From positions 1 through 25,906 of IMG/VR virus record IMGVR_UViG_3300047561_000919: DNA of 25,906 nt; one strand, given 5' to 3'. Below, one piece after another: positions 10,018 through 17,928 of this stretch. This DNA comes from a virus (taxonomy: Duplodnaviria > Caudoviricetes). The notes beneath the pieces were generated by a model. The model was given only the letters and a program-made list of their open reading frames with translations, ran no database searches and had not been told where the DNA came from. How positions within the stretch are numbered: the stretch's first letter is position 1; the number at the start of each line of letters is the position of its first letter. The translations under genes were made by a program, and so were the position numbers.

Positions 10018-10077
10018 TAGAAGCAATAATACTTTTTAATATAATTGTTTGGACATATTATACGTATTTTTATTAAA

Positions 10078-10536
10078 ATGAACTTAAGTGAAAATTTTAC
10101 ATTACAAGAATTAATTTATTCAGATACAGCAATTCGTATGGGAATAGATAATAAACCTAATGATGAAACTGTAGAAAATTTAAAAATACTTTGTGAAAAT
10201 ATATTAGAACCTATTAGAGCTAATTTCAAAGCTCCTATTGTAATATCTTCAGGCTACAGATCAGCAGCTGTCTGCGCGGCCGTAGGATCGAGCAGCAAGA
10301 GTCAACATATCAAGGGACAAGCAGCGGACTTCGAGATTTTTGGCATACCTAATAAAGACGTAGCAGATTGGATCGTAAATAATATTGACTTTGACCAATG
10401 TATTCTTGAATTCTGGAATGAAAATGAGCCTAATTCTGGATGGGTACATTGCAGCTATTCAAAAGATATTAATAGAAAACAATATTTAAAAGCTAGTAAA
10501 GAGAATGGCAAAACAGTATATTCTACAATGGTATGA
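10078..10536 (+). CDS. Peptidase M15A-family endolysin
   Basis: LSENFTLQEL, ISSGYRS, SQHIKGQAAD and GWVHCS (Zn ligands H, D, H). Confidence 0.9.
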   Translation: MNLSENFTLQELIYSDTAIRMGIDNKPNDETVENLKILCENILEPIRANFKAPIVISSGYRSAAVCAAVGSSSKSQHIKGQAADFEIFGIPNKDVADWIVNNIDFDQCILEFWNENEPNSGWVHCSYSKDINRKQYLKASKENGKTVYSTMV

Positions 10537-10739
10537 AAAATTTAATAATTGATTCATTGATCGTACATGGAATTTGCCCAAGCTGTAAAGAATTGACAGC
10601 GTTAGTATCTATTGTGGATAACGTTTATAAATGCACAACATGTGGTGATGAATTAAAACAACACGTAAATGGTGTTATTAAATATCTACCTATGCAGAAA
10701 AAAGCAGTTCAGAAATTGATATATGGCAACAAAAAGTAA
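10533..10739 (+). CDS. Small zinc-ribbon protein
   Basis: CPSC...CTTC. Confidence 0.7.
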   Translation: MKNLIIDSLIVHGICPSCKELTALVSIVDNVYKCTTCGDELKQHVNGVIKYLPMQKKAVQKLIYGNKK

Positions 10740-10857
10740 TCTTTACGGCGTTAATTTATATCATTCAAGAACACGTAAGAGTAGAAAAGGCCGACATGCA
10801 AAAAAACCCAACAAATCAAACGATAGAAAAGAATACAAAGGCCAAGGAAGAATTTAA
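10723..10857 (+). CDS. Small basic protein (44 aa), not in the ORF track
   Basis: MATKSNLYGV...RKGRHAKKPNK...KEYKGQGRI; overlaps the stop of the upstream gene. Confidence 0.6.
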   Translation: MATKSNLYGVNLYHSRTRKSRKGRHAKKPNKSNDRKEYKGQGRI

Positions 10858-10866
10858 TATTAATCC

Positions 10867-10895
10867 TTGACTAATATAATATGAAACATTATATA
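10867..10895 (+). promoter_or_regulatory. Candidate sigma70-type promoter
   Basis: TTGACT-17nt-TATATA in an intergenic gap, upstream of SD GAAAGG and ATG 10924. Confidence 0.5.
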
Positions 10896-10923
10896 GGATA
10901 ATATAAACAAATAGAAAGGTGAA

Positions 10924-11085
10924 ATGACTGACATAACTAAATATAAAACCGTAACTTTGCCCATTAAAGATTATTTAATGTTGCCAAAGATAGCTGAAAA
11001 AATGCTTCCGGGTGGAAAATTAAGTAATTCTAAAGTAGTTTCAATGTTAATTAGAAAGAACTCAAATGGAAAACATAACAAGTAA
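10924..11085 (+). CDS. Small putative DNA-binding protein (ribbon-helix-helix-like, 53 aa)
   Basis: MTDITKYKTVTLPIKDYLML...LSNSKVVSMLIRK with SD GAAAGGTG; strand-helix-helix pattern. Confidence 0.6.
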   Translation: MTDITKYKTVTLPIKDYLMLPKIAEKMLPGGKLSNSKVVSMLIRKNSNGKHNK

Positions 11086-11392
11086 TTATTCTACTGAAAG
11101 TCAATCTTCGGATTACATACCCGAGAAAAAATTATGGAGAGCTGTAATTTGCCAAGCTCTTTATGATGCATTATCTGATTTAGAAGGGAAACAAATGCCA
11201 ACTAGTGAAAGAGAAAAAGCTCAAAATTGGTTTGTATATAATAGTGGTAACTTTAAGAGAGCATGTGAATGCGCAGGATTTGACCCTGATTATTTATCTA
11301 AGAAAGTATGTAAGTTAATTGAATTAAAAAAACTTAAAAAACTTGGAATAATTTGGAACACTAGAAAGGAAAATATTTTATATGCACGGTAG
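11066..11392 (+). CDS. Hypothetical phage protein
   Basis: EKKLWRAVICQALYDA...CECAGFDPDY. Confidence 0.7.
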   Translation: MENITSNYSTESQSSDYIPEKKLWRAVICQALYDALSDLEGKQMPTSEREKAQNWFVYNSGNFKRACECAGFDPDYLSKKVCKLIELKKLKKLGIIWNTRKENILYAR

Positions 11393-11561
11393 TACAATTT
11401 GCCCAAAATGTAATGGCAATGGATATATTACAATTAAACTTCAAGGTGAAAAAGAAAGTATTCACAAAGATTGCACTTATTGTAATAACCAAGGTGAAAT
11501 AAAAATAAACTCTGATAAAACTTTAAAAAAATATCTAGACTATACAAGGTTGGTACAATGA
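11382..11561 (+). CDS. DnaJ-type zinc-finger miniprotein (59 aa)
   Basis: CPKCNGNG and CTYCNNQG; SD GAAAGGA. Confidence 0.7.
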   Translation: MHGSTICPKCNGNGYITIKLQGEKESIHKDCTYCNNQGEIKINSDKTLKKYLDYTRLVQ

Positions 11562-11668
11562 CTGTGTCTGGATATAAAAAAGCAATTATTAAATTATTAA
11601 AAGCTTATCATAAAAAATATGATGCTTTTGGTAAACAAAAACCTAAAAAGAAAAAAAGATCAAAATGA
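11558..11668 (+). CDS. Small basic protein (36 aa)
   Basis: MTVSGYKKAIIKLLKAYHKKYDAFGKQKPKKKKRSK; ATGA overlaps at both ends. Confidence 0.5.
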   Translation: MTVSGYKKAIIKLLKAYHKKYDAFGKQKPKKKKRSK

Positions 11669-11742
11669 ATCCACTTATTGAATTAGGTCTTATAATTATT
11701 TTTGTACTTATAATGATACAAATTTTTAAATGGTATAGATGA
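11665..11742 (+). CDS. Single-TM microprotein (25 aa)
   Basis: MNPLIELGLIIIFVLIMIQIFKWYR; ATGA-coupled on both sides. Confidence 0.5.
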   Translation: MNPLIELGLIIIFVLIMIQIFKWYR

Positions 11743-12209
11743 ATATATTTCATTTAGATAAAAGACCAGACATATGCGCTAAATATCATTGCGATAAACA
11801 TGTGGTTAAAATGATATTAGAAACTGCACAAATGTTATCTACGGCTTATCAAAGACACTTTGGTATTAATGATAGTCTATATAAAGTTGCTTATCCTAAA
11901 CACCCAATGACTTTATGGGTAGGTGATTCAATAGAAAACTTTTTATGGTCAATGGATTTAATGAAATGTTTATTATCTCAATATACACTTCGTTATAACA
12001 AAGAACACGCGTCCTCTCGTATTTATAAAGTATTAGATAATTTAGACCTTATAAATTTTCCATCTGTTGGTTTTACTAATCCGCCTTTATGTATGCCGGA
12101 TGAATATAAAACAGATGATTATATTCAGTCCTATAAAAATTATTATATAAATGCCAAAAAATCATTTGCAAAATATACAAATGTTGATGTACCGATGTTT
12201 ATGCAATGA
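11739..12209 (+). CDS. Pyrimidine-dimer DNA glycosylase (DenV-like)
   Basis: MNIFHLD...HCDKHVVKMILETAQMLST, HPMTLW, EY/QY..RY.K.H and PLCMPDEYK. Confidence 0.75.
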   Translation: MNIFHLDKRPDICAKYHCDKHVVKMILETAQMLSTAYQRHFGINDSLYKVAYPKHPMTLWVGDSIENFLWSMDLMKCLLSQYTLRYNKEHASSRIYKVLDNLDLINFPSVGFTNPPLCMPDEYKTDDYIQSYKNYYINAKKSFAKYTNVDVPMFMQ

Positions 12210-12391
12210 AAGATCATACAATGAAGGATAAAGGCCCCAACGATCTAGAAAAGAAAATTTATCTTCTTGAAAGAACTAATTTTAGATTAACTGAAGAAAA
12301 CAATATGTTAAAAAAAGACATAGCTTTTCTTCGTGAAGAAATTCAAGCAACTAATTTAAAAAATATTATAAAATGTAAAGTAGAAATGTAA
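12206..12391 (+). CDS. Small coiled-coil protein
   Basis: DKGPNDLE followed by leucine heptads. Confidence 0.6.
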   Translation: MKDHTMKDKGPNDLEKKIYLLERTNFRLTEENNMLKKDIAFLREEIQATNLKNIIKCKVEM

Positions 12392-12627
12392 TGAAGAACC
12401 GTAAAATTGATATAGAGTTAAAATTACTTTACGAAGATTTAATGGAAATAATGATGTCTAAAGTATTAATACATAAAGATTCTCAAGTAGTGGCATCAAC
12501 AATGGTTGCACTTGCATTAAGACTTTATAAAACAACTTTAAGCCAATCTGAATTTAAAGATATGTTAAAAATAGTAGTTAAAAACGCTAAATCAATTGAA
12601 CCTTTTACTGTTAGGAGATTACATTAA
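12391..12627 (+). CDS. Hypothetical protein
   Basis: 78-aa ORF, TAATG-coupled. Confidence 0.65.
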   Translation: MKNRKIDIELKLLYEDLMEIMMSKVLIHKDSQVVASTMVALALRLYKTTLSQSEFKDMLKIVVKNAKSIEPFTVRRLH

Positions 12628-12689
12628 TGAGTGTTGTTGTAATAATTATAATAGCTATATTAATCTGGTTTGCGGTAATTAGATTATGA
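12627..12689 (+). CDS. Single-TM microprotein (20 aa)
   Basis: MSVVVIIIIAILIWFAVIRL; SD AGGAG; TAATG and ATGA coupling. Confidence 0.45.
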   Translation: MSVVVIIIIAILIWFAVIRL

Positions 12690-12829
12690 AAGAACGTAAA
12701 AGAAGATCGGATTGGGGTAAGGGTTGGGATGGCAAGAGTCGTATTCCTGATAAAACTTATAAAGAAAATTATGATCAAATAGACTGGTCATCAATTAAGA
12801 AAAATGATAATAAAAATAAAAACAAATAA
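12686..12829 (+). CDS. Small hypothetical protein (47 aa)
   Basis: MKERKRRSDWGKGWDGKSRIPDKTYKENYDQIDW... Confidence 0.6.
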   Translation: MKERKRRSDWGKGWDGKSRIPDKTYKENYDQIDWSSIKKNDNKNKNK

Positions 12830-12843
12830 TTAGAAAGAAAAAA

Positions 12844-13551
12844 ATGAGCGATTATAGAATAAAAGTAAGTATAAGAAATAATAGATTGTTAAAAGCCATG
12901 GAAGCAAAAGGATTTAAATCTGCAGCGCAATTTGAAAGATCTTATGGTTTTCGTAATTATGCCATGATTAGTTTAGTGAATGGTTCTAAACCCCCATTAG
13001 ATAAAAACGGTGAAACAAAACCATTTGTAAAAGAAATTTTAGATATATTGGAAATAAATATTACAGATGCTTTTACTGAAAAACAATTACAAGGTTTTAA
13101 AAAACATACATTTACTGTGGAGGCTAAAGAATCTCAATTATTACAGTTAATAAATATTAGAAAACCTTTAGAAATAAATTTAATGCAAAAAGACATTAAT
13201 AAATTAATTGATAATTTATTATCAAGTTTACCAAAACAATATGAAAAGGTAATTAGAATGTATATGTTTGAAAATAAAAGAAAATGTGAAATTGCGTCAC
13301 AACTAAATCTTTCCTCTTCTAGAATAGACCAGATAGTAGAAAAAGGAATAGAAAAATTAAAAACTCATTCTAATTTTGATAAATTAATTGAATCTGGCGC
13401 TGTTGATTTATTTGAAAATACTAAATTTAAAAAACCAAAAACATCTTATACACGTTTTAACCCTAAAAAAACATTACCTCCTGATGTTGTAGATCAAATG
13501 AATTGGGTATCAAAAGAAGCTATATTAGAAAATAAAAAAAATGACAATTAA
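12844..13551 (+). CDS. Transcription regulator with a sigma70 region-4-like HTH
   Basis: LSSLPKQYEKVIRMY...EIASQLNLSSSRIDQIVEKGIEKLK; possible N-terminal Xre-like HTH. Confidence 0.7.
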   Translation: MSDYRIKVSIRNNRLLKAMEAKGFKSAAQFERSYGFRNYAMISLVNGSKPPLDKNGETKPFVKEILDILEINITDAFTEKQLQGFKKHTFTVEAKESQLLQLINIRKPLEINLMQKDINKLIDNLLSSLPKQYEKVIRMYMFENKRKCEIASQLNLSSSRIDQIVEKGIEKLKTHSNFDKLIESGAVDLFENTKFKKPKTSYTRFNPKKTLPPDVVDQMNWVSKEAILENKKNDN

Positions 13552-13819
13552 AACAATTAAAGGTGTATGTTCAGAATTAATAGCTGCAAAAGAATTTTTA
13601 AACAAAGGTTATTATGTTGCTAAATCATTAGATCCGCAATGTCCTTTTGATCTTATTGTTGTTAATAAAAAAGGAAGGGCACGTTTACTTGATGTGAAGT
13701 CTGTATCCTACCGTAAGACTAGAAGTTATAATTGTAGAGTAGGCACAACAATCAATCGTTCTGCATCTAAAAAACAAAAAGCATTAGGAGTTGAAATATA
13801 TTACGTTAATGGAAATTAA
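13541..13819 (+). CDS. Small PD-(D/E)XK endonuclease (resolvase-like)
   Basis: G..SEL.A...FL.KGY, PFDLIV, DVKS. Confidence 0.7.
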   Translation: MTIKTIKGVCSELIAAKEFLNKGYYVAKSLDPQCPFDLIVVNKKGRARLLDVKSVSYRKTRSYNCRVGTTINRSASKKQKALGVEIYYVNGN

Positions 13820-13822
13820 ACT

Positions 13823-14113
13823 ATGAAATGCAATAAAATTATTTGTCCAACTTGTGGATATAAACCTCCAGTTTATACAAAAACATTATGGAAAAAAGAA
13901 AGATTTAGGATATTTAATAAATTTCGTAATAACTTAGATAATAGATTAAAATTAATTGATATTGTTAAAGAAGCCTGTAATTCTTCTATTTATAAAAATA
14001 AATTTTTAAAATTTTATAATGAAAGTAAATTTAATTTAGATAAAGAAATAAAAAATCTTTATTTATTAATAACTGATAAAAGACAGAAAAAAGATTTATA
14101 TGAAATGGAATAA
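13823..14113 (+). CDS. Hypothetical protein
   Basis: 96-aa ORF with CPTC. Confidence 0.55.
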   Translation: MKCNKIICPTCGYKPPVYTKTLWKKERFRIFNKFRNNLDNRLKLIDIVKEACNSSIYKNKFLKFYNESKFNLDKEIKNLYLLITDKRQKKDLYEME

Positions 14114-14780
14114 ACAATTCGAGTATCCTAAGTCTATGCGCTCTCTTGTTAAAGATGAAAGACACTATGAAGTTGGCTCCGAGAAGCTTCCTTCTGTGAC
14201 CACGATATTAGCAGCCACACAAAGCGACGAAAAGCGAGCGTCTTTGGAGGCTTGGAAGAATAGAGTTGGTGGTGTTGAGGCGGATAGAATTAAAAATACT
14301 GCAGCTACACGTGGTACCGCAATGCATTCCTATCTGGAGATGCATTTAAATGGTCAGGGGTTACTAGATTTGACTGACGAGGGGCGAGCAGCGAGGGGCA
14401 TGGCACAAACTATCATTGATAAAGGATTAATTGATTTAGAAGAAATTTGGGGTTCAGAAGTGACTTTGTATTATCCAGGGCTATATGCTGGAGCAACTGA
14501 TTTGTGTGGAATTTATCAAGGGCGCGACAGTATAATAGACTTTAAACAAAGCAACAAGCCCAAAAGAGATGAATGGATAGAGGATTATAAACTTCAACTA
14601 GCAGCCTATGCTTCCGCTCACGACTATGTTTATAAAACAAACATTGAACAGGGAGTTATATTAATGGTGACTCCTGATAATTTCTTTCAAAGGTTTATTA
14701 TTAATGGAAGCCAGTTTAGAGAATATAAATGGATGTGGCTTGAAAAAATAGATCAATATTATGCCTTACAAAAACCCTAA
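14100..14780 (+). CDS. PD-(D/E)XK exonuclease (Cas4/RecB-like fold)
   Basis: LPSVTTIL, RGTAMH, YAGATD, IIDFK, QLAAY. Confidence 0.85.
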   Translation: MKWNKQFEYPKSMRSLVKDERHYEVGSEKLPSVTTILAATQSDEKRASLEAWKNRVGGVEADRIKNTAATRGTAMHSYLEMHLNGQGLLDLTDEGRAARGMAQTIIDKGLIDLEEIWGSEVTLYYPGLYAGATDLCGIYQGRDSIIDFKQSNKPKRDEWIEDYKLQLAAYASAHDYVYKTNIEQGVILMVTPDNFFQRFIINGSQFREYKWMWLEKIDQYYALQKP

Positions 14781-15414
14781 AGTAATTAAAGAATATCTAA
14801 AAGATTATTATATTAAGAATAAAGAAGGAATTCTTAAGGATGCAGCGTTATATTATGAAACAAATAAACAAAAAATAAAAATACGAAATAAAAAATATTA
14901 CCAACAAAATAAAGAAGAAATTAAAAAAAGAACAAGCGACTATCGTGAAAAAAATAAAGATAAAGTTCAAGTATATGAAAAGAATCGTTATGCAAATAAT
15001 AAAGAAAATAAGCTTGCTGGAAGTAAAATCTATTATCAAAATAATAAAGAAAAATTAAATAAACAAAGATTGATATATCAAGCCAACAGAAGAAAGAACA
15101 ACCCTTCATACAGATTGATATGTAACGTAAGAAGAAGAACTGCTGGAGCATTAAAAGGTAGTACAAAAAGCGCAGGAACTATGATTTTGTTAGGAATTCC
15201 TGATGTAGAGTTTTTATGGAAACATTTAGAAGCAACATTTAAACATGGTATGACAAGGGAGAACCATGGTAGTATTTGGCATATAGATCATATTATACCG
15301 TGTTCTTCATTTGATATGAGTGATCCTGAGCAACAAAAAAAGTGTTTTCATTATACTAATCTTCAAGCTTTGTTTGTTCATGAAAATCTATCTAAAGGTT
15401 CTAAAATACTGTGA
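14761..15414 (+). CDS. HNH/endonuclease VII-like protein with N-terminal YYxxNKE repeats
   Basis: WHIDHIIPCSSF...CFHYTNLQAL...NLSK; repeated YYETNKQ, YYQQNKE and YYQNNKE. Confidence 0.8.
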   Translation: MPYKNPKVIKEYLKDYYIKNKEGILKDAALYYETNKQKIKIRNKKYYQQNKEEIKKRTSDYREKNKDKVQVYEKNRYANNKENKLAGSKIYYQNNKEKLNKQRLIYQANRRKNNPSYRLICNVRRRTAGALKGSTKSAGTMILLGIPDVEFLWKHLEATFKHGMTRENHGSIWHIDHIIPCSSFDMSDPEQQKKCFHYTNLQALFVHENLSKGSKIL

Positions 15415-15644
15415 ACTTAAACATTTATAAGTGGGTAGCAGCAAGCATCAGTATCATATGCTCTGTACTGCAGGCAACGGCGATTATAAGCCTACAATGG
15501 ATAGCTTGGATCTTTTTAATGATATCTGTTTTTATGTGGACTTATATTTCTTATATTGAAAAAGATAAGCCAAGACTTGCACAACAAGTTGTATTTATAC
15601 TTTTAAGTTTTGTTGCTGTGTATAATTGGTTTCAATATCGCTAG
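15411..15644 (+). CDS. Small three-TM membrane protein
   Basis: Three hydrophobic segments; GTG start overlapping the upstream stop. Confidence 0.6.
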   Translation: MNLNIYKWVAASISIICSVLQATAIISLQWIAWIFLMISVFMWTYISYIEKDKPRLAQQVVFILLSFVAVYNWFQYR

Positions 15645-15740
15645 TTTCTAACTGCTCGATACTCAACACTTTTGTCTAGAATAGAGAACAAAAGTAGGTT
15701 TAGAGTAGGCTGAGGGGAGCTTCAAGGGGCGAGCGACGGG

Positions 15741-15950
15741 GAAAACATACAAAAAACATACTTTTGCCACAATTTTGCCACAAAATAAGTGAGCAAATAC
15801 GCCACATGACAGATTTGAAATCGCTAGAACCATTGGTATTGCTCAATAGTTTTTTAAAACTGTCAATTCTGTCATGAAACTGTCATGCTACTATCGTTGG
15901 TATATAAGGATAATACCCACTTTTGACAGAGTTGACAGTTATTTTAAAAC
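15741..15950. repeat. Intergenic direct- and inverted-repeat cluster (origin-like)
   Basis: AAAACATAC x2, TTTTGCCACAA x2, six TGACAG/CTGTCA hexamers, and a 16/17 inverted repeat (15858-15874 vs 15924-15940). Confidence 0.7.
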
Positions 15951-16000
15951 TTTTCGCGTAATTATATTTCAAAAGATATGTAATATCACTATATAGGGTA

Positions 16001-16255
16001 ATGAACTTTAAATATGAATTATATAAGATTAGTTGGGAAGATATTTTAAGTGATTCCGCATGGGCTACTGATACAGAATTTGATCGCATGGAAGTAAGCC
16101 ACTGTATTTCAATTGGTTTTATTTATAAAAAAACAAAAGATTATGTTTGGATATTTTCATCATATGAGATAGATAACTTGGGCGAGATTACATACGGGGA
16201 TCGTACTGTAATTCCTGCAAACAACATCAAAAAAATGGAGAAAATCAATGGTTAA
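16001..16255 (+). CDS. Conserved hypothetical phage protein
   Basis: ISWEDILSDSAW...CISIGF...GDRTVIP. Confidence 0.7.
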   Translation: MNFKYELYKISWEDILSDSAWATDTEFDRMEVSHCISIGFIYKKTKDYVWIFSSYEIDNLGEITYGDRTVIPANNIKKMEKING

Positions 16256-16421
16256 AAAGAAAAAACAATCTCTTGAAGATATCATGGATAGAATTCAAGA
16301 AGATATAGATACTCTTAGAGACAGAGTATACGACTTAGAAAATCAAGCTGATTCTGATTCAGATGGTCCTGAAGATTGGGATGATGAAGATTCTGAAGAT
16401 GAAGATTCAGACGAAGAATAA
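16248..16421 (+). CDS. Small protein with a coiled coil and a very acidic tail (57 aa), not in the ORF track
   Basis: MVKKKKQSLEDIMDRIQEDIDTLRDRVYDLENQADSDSDGPEDWDDEDSEDEDSDEE; SD GGAG. Confidence 0.65.
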   Translation: MVKKKKQSLEDIMDRIQEDIDTLRDRVYDLENQADSDSDGPEDWDDEDSEDEDSDEE

Positions 16422-16969
16422 TTAACTTCTAATACTTCTTTCTTTTTGGGTTGTTGAGGTTTACCTAGTCTAATTTTCTTTTGTCTAGACTTAACGTCCT
16501 CCTCAAGGTCTTTAACTTCAACACCCTCAAGAAGAGGTTTGTAGTCTTCCATAATTTCCTTTAATCTATTTTCTAATTCATCAGCCGATAGATCTTCTAG
16601 CTTCCCGGTTCTAATAATCTTTTGTTCAACATATAAACCAGCTGCTTTTCCTCTAGCCACCTCAGCATTAATAGCTGCTGACCAAGCTCCCTTATCTCTT
16701 GATGAATCTCTAAGTTTTGCAAGTTCAGTTATATGACGTTCAAATGTAACATTATATTTCTTTTGATATTCAACTCTAAGTTCTCCAATGTATTGGACAA
16801 CTAATGGATATCTTTTTGGATTTTGTAATTCAGAAGCTCTAACAACAGCAGATTCTTTATCATATCCTGCATCAATAGCACATTCTGTTGCAGTTTTTCT
16901 TCCTTCGTTACTTACTATTTCGTATGCAAATTTCATTTGCATTTCTGTTAATTTCTTTGGAAGTCCCAT
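16343..16969 (-). CDS. terS: Terminase small subunit-like protein
   Basis: LTEMQMKFA...TATECAIDAGY...ASELQNP HTH, followed by AAINAEVARGKAAGLY. The likely start is ATG 16969. Confidence 0.75.
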   Translation of the reverse strand: MGLPKKLTEMQMKFAYEIVSNEGRKTATECAIDAGYDKESAVVRASELQNPKRYPLVVQYIGELRVEYQKKYNVTFERHITELAKLRDSSRDKGAWSAAINAEVARGKAAGLYVEQKIIRTGKLEDLSADELENRLKEIMEDYKPLLEGVEVKDLEEDVKSRQKKIRLGKPQQPKKKEVLEVNYSSSESSSSESSSSQSSGPSESESA

Positions 16970-16972
16970 GTA

Positions 16973-17005
16973 TTGACATGTAAAGTAATTCAGAGTAAAA
17001 GTCAA
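16973..17005. promoter_or_regulatory. Second pair of overlapping divergent promoter candidates
   Basis: TTGACA (+, 16973-16978) and TTGACT (-, 17005-17000) with weak -10 boxes (TAAAAG / TACATG) at 17 nt. Confidence 0.45.
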
Positions 17006-17068
17006 TCAGGGATGGCTTACGAGGGAAGAAAGCTTTATTGCTCCCAGATACTGATCCCTACAAAATTC

Positions 17069-17100
17069 CCAGCCAGTTATCTCCATGATTGGCTGGTTTT
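17069..17100 (+). terminator. Intrinsic terminator-like hairpin
   Basis: CCAGCCAGTTA-loop-TGATTGGCTGG (11 bp with G-U pairs) followed by TTTT. Confidence 0.55.
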
Positions 17101-17105
17101 AAATT

Positions 17106-17342
17106 ATGATTAATAGTAAAACATTACTAGATATTCTTCATAGGTTAATGAAAAAATCAGAAGCTGTGTCTAATGCAAGAATACAAGTTCAAATGCCTAA
17201 TGGCGATTTACACGATATTACACAAATTAAATTAATGGAAAACATGGTTATTGGACAATATGAAACTCATAGACTTGTGTTAAAAACAGAACCTCAAAAA
17301 CATAAAATGTCTAAGATTATTAACTCTAGTCAGATAGTCTAG
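17106..17342 (+). CDS. Hypothetical protein
   Basis: 78-aa ORF. Confidence 0.65.
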   Translation: MINSKTLLDILHRLMKKSEAVSNARIQVQMPNGDLHDITQIKLMENMVIGQYETHRLVLKTEPQKHKMSKIINSSQIV

Positions 17343-17347
17343 TTACT

Positions 17348-17710
17348 TTGAAACCCGAGACTAAATTCTGGCATGATGTTAAGAAGTTTATGCCGAACAT
17401 ATCGTTCACAAGAGTAGAAAATATAAGCGCTCATGGCACTCCAGATCTATTATGTTATAACAAGAATGGTACATTTTTTACTATTGAACTTAAAGTTAGT
17501 ACGAGTAATTCAGTTCGTCTCTCGCCACATCAAATAAGCTTCCATGTACGCCATCCTAAGAATACATTTATCTTAGTATTAGCTGCTACACTCAAGAGCG
17601 AAAAACTTTATGACGGAAGCCAAGCACTCGACCTCGCTGCTCGTGGCTTGAAGCTAGATCCTCGTTGCTCGGGGCTTGCTGCTTGCTACGATCTTTTTCA
17701 AACTCTGTAG
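17348..17710 (+). CDS. VRR-NUC/Holliday-junction-resolvase-like PD-(D/E)XK nuclease
   Basis: PETKFW, RVEN...GTPDL, IELK, LSPHQISFH. Confidence 0.8.
   Translation: MKPETKFWHDVKKFMPNISFTRVENISAHGTPDLLCYNKNGTFFTIELKVSTSNSVRLSPHQISFHVRHPKNTFILVLAATLKSEKLYDGSQALDLAARGLKLDPRCSGLAACYDLFQTL
17633..17685 (-). repeat. Phased heptamer array, 8 units of CTYG/CTAG-NNN
   Basis: Units start at 17633, 17640, 17647, 17654, 17661, 17668, 17675 and 17682. Confidence 0.85.
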
Positions 17711-17739
17711 TCAGCGGTTTGTCCCACGCAGGTTTGCGT

Positions 17740-17928
17740 CTAGCGTCCAGGCTTATAACCGTCATGCTTCCTTGTTCGTTTATACTTATCGTCAAAGCTT
17801 TCTTCCTTACGTCTATCTATTATCATTATTACCCAGATAACAGTTGCTCCTATCGCCATACTTAAAGCTAGGAACGAGATAAACAATCCATATAGTTCTG
17901 ATAATGTATCAATCATTAGTTTCTCCAA
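17740..17928 (-). CDS. Small membrane protein (early-type operon)
   Basis: Hydrophobic core with a charged C-terminal tail. Confidence 0.55.
   Translation of the reverse strand: MEKLMIDTLSELYGLFISFLALSMAIGATVIWVIMIIDRRKEESFDDKYKRTRKHDGYKPGR

Noticed and set aside
12844-13551. Complete phage sigma factor
   Set aside because: Only a region-4-like HTH is recognisable; no region 2 was seen.
16343-16421. Ser-rich TerS tail as a functional domain
   Set aside because: It is explained as the antisense reading of the acidic ORF.
17005-17100. tRNA
   Set aside because: No TTC-containing T-arm or cloverleaf could be built.
17633-17685. Heptamer arrays as a CRISPR or mini-CRISPR, given the Cas4-like nuclease
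   Set aside because: The units are 7 nt with no 23-50-nt repeats or spacers. The nuclease at 14100 lacks the Cas4 cysteine cluster.
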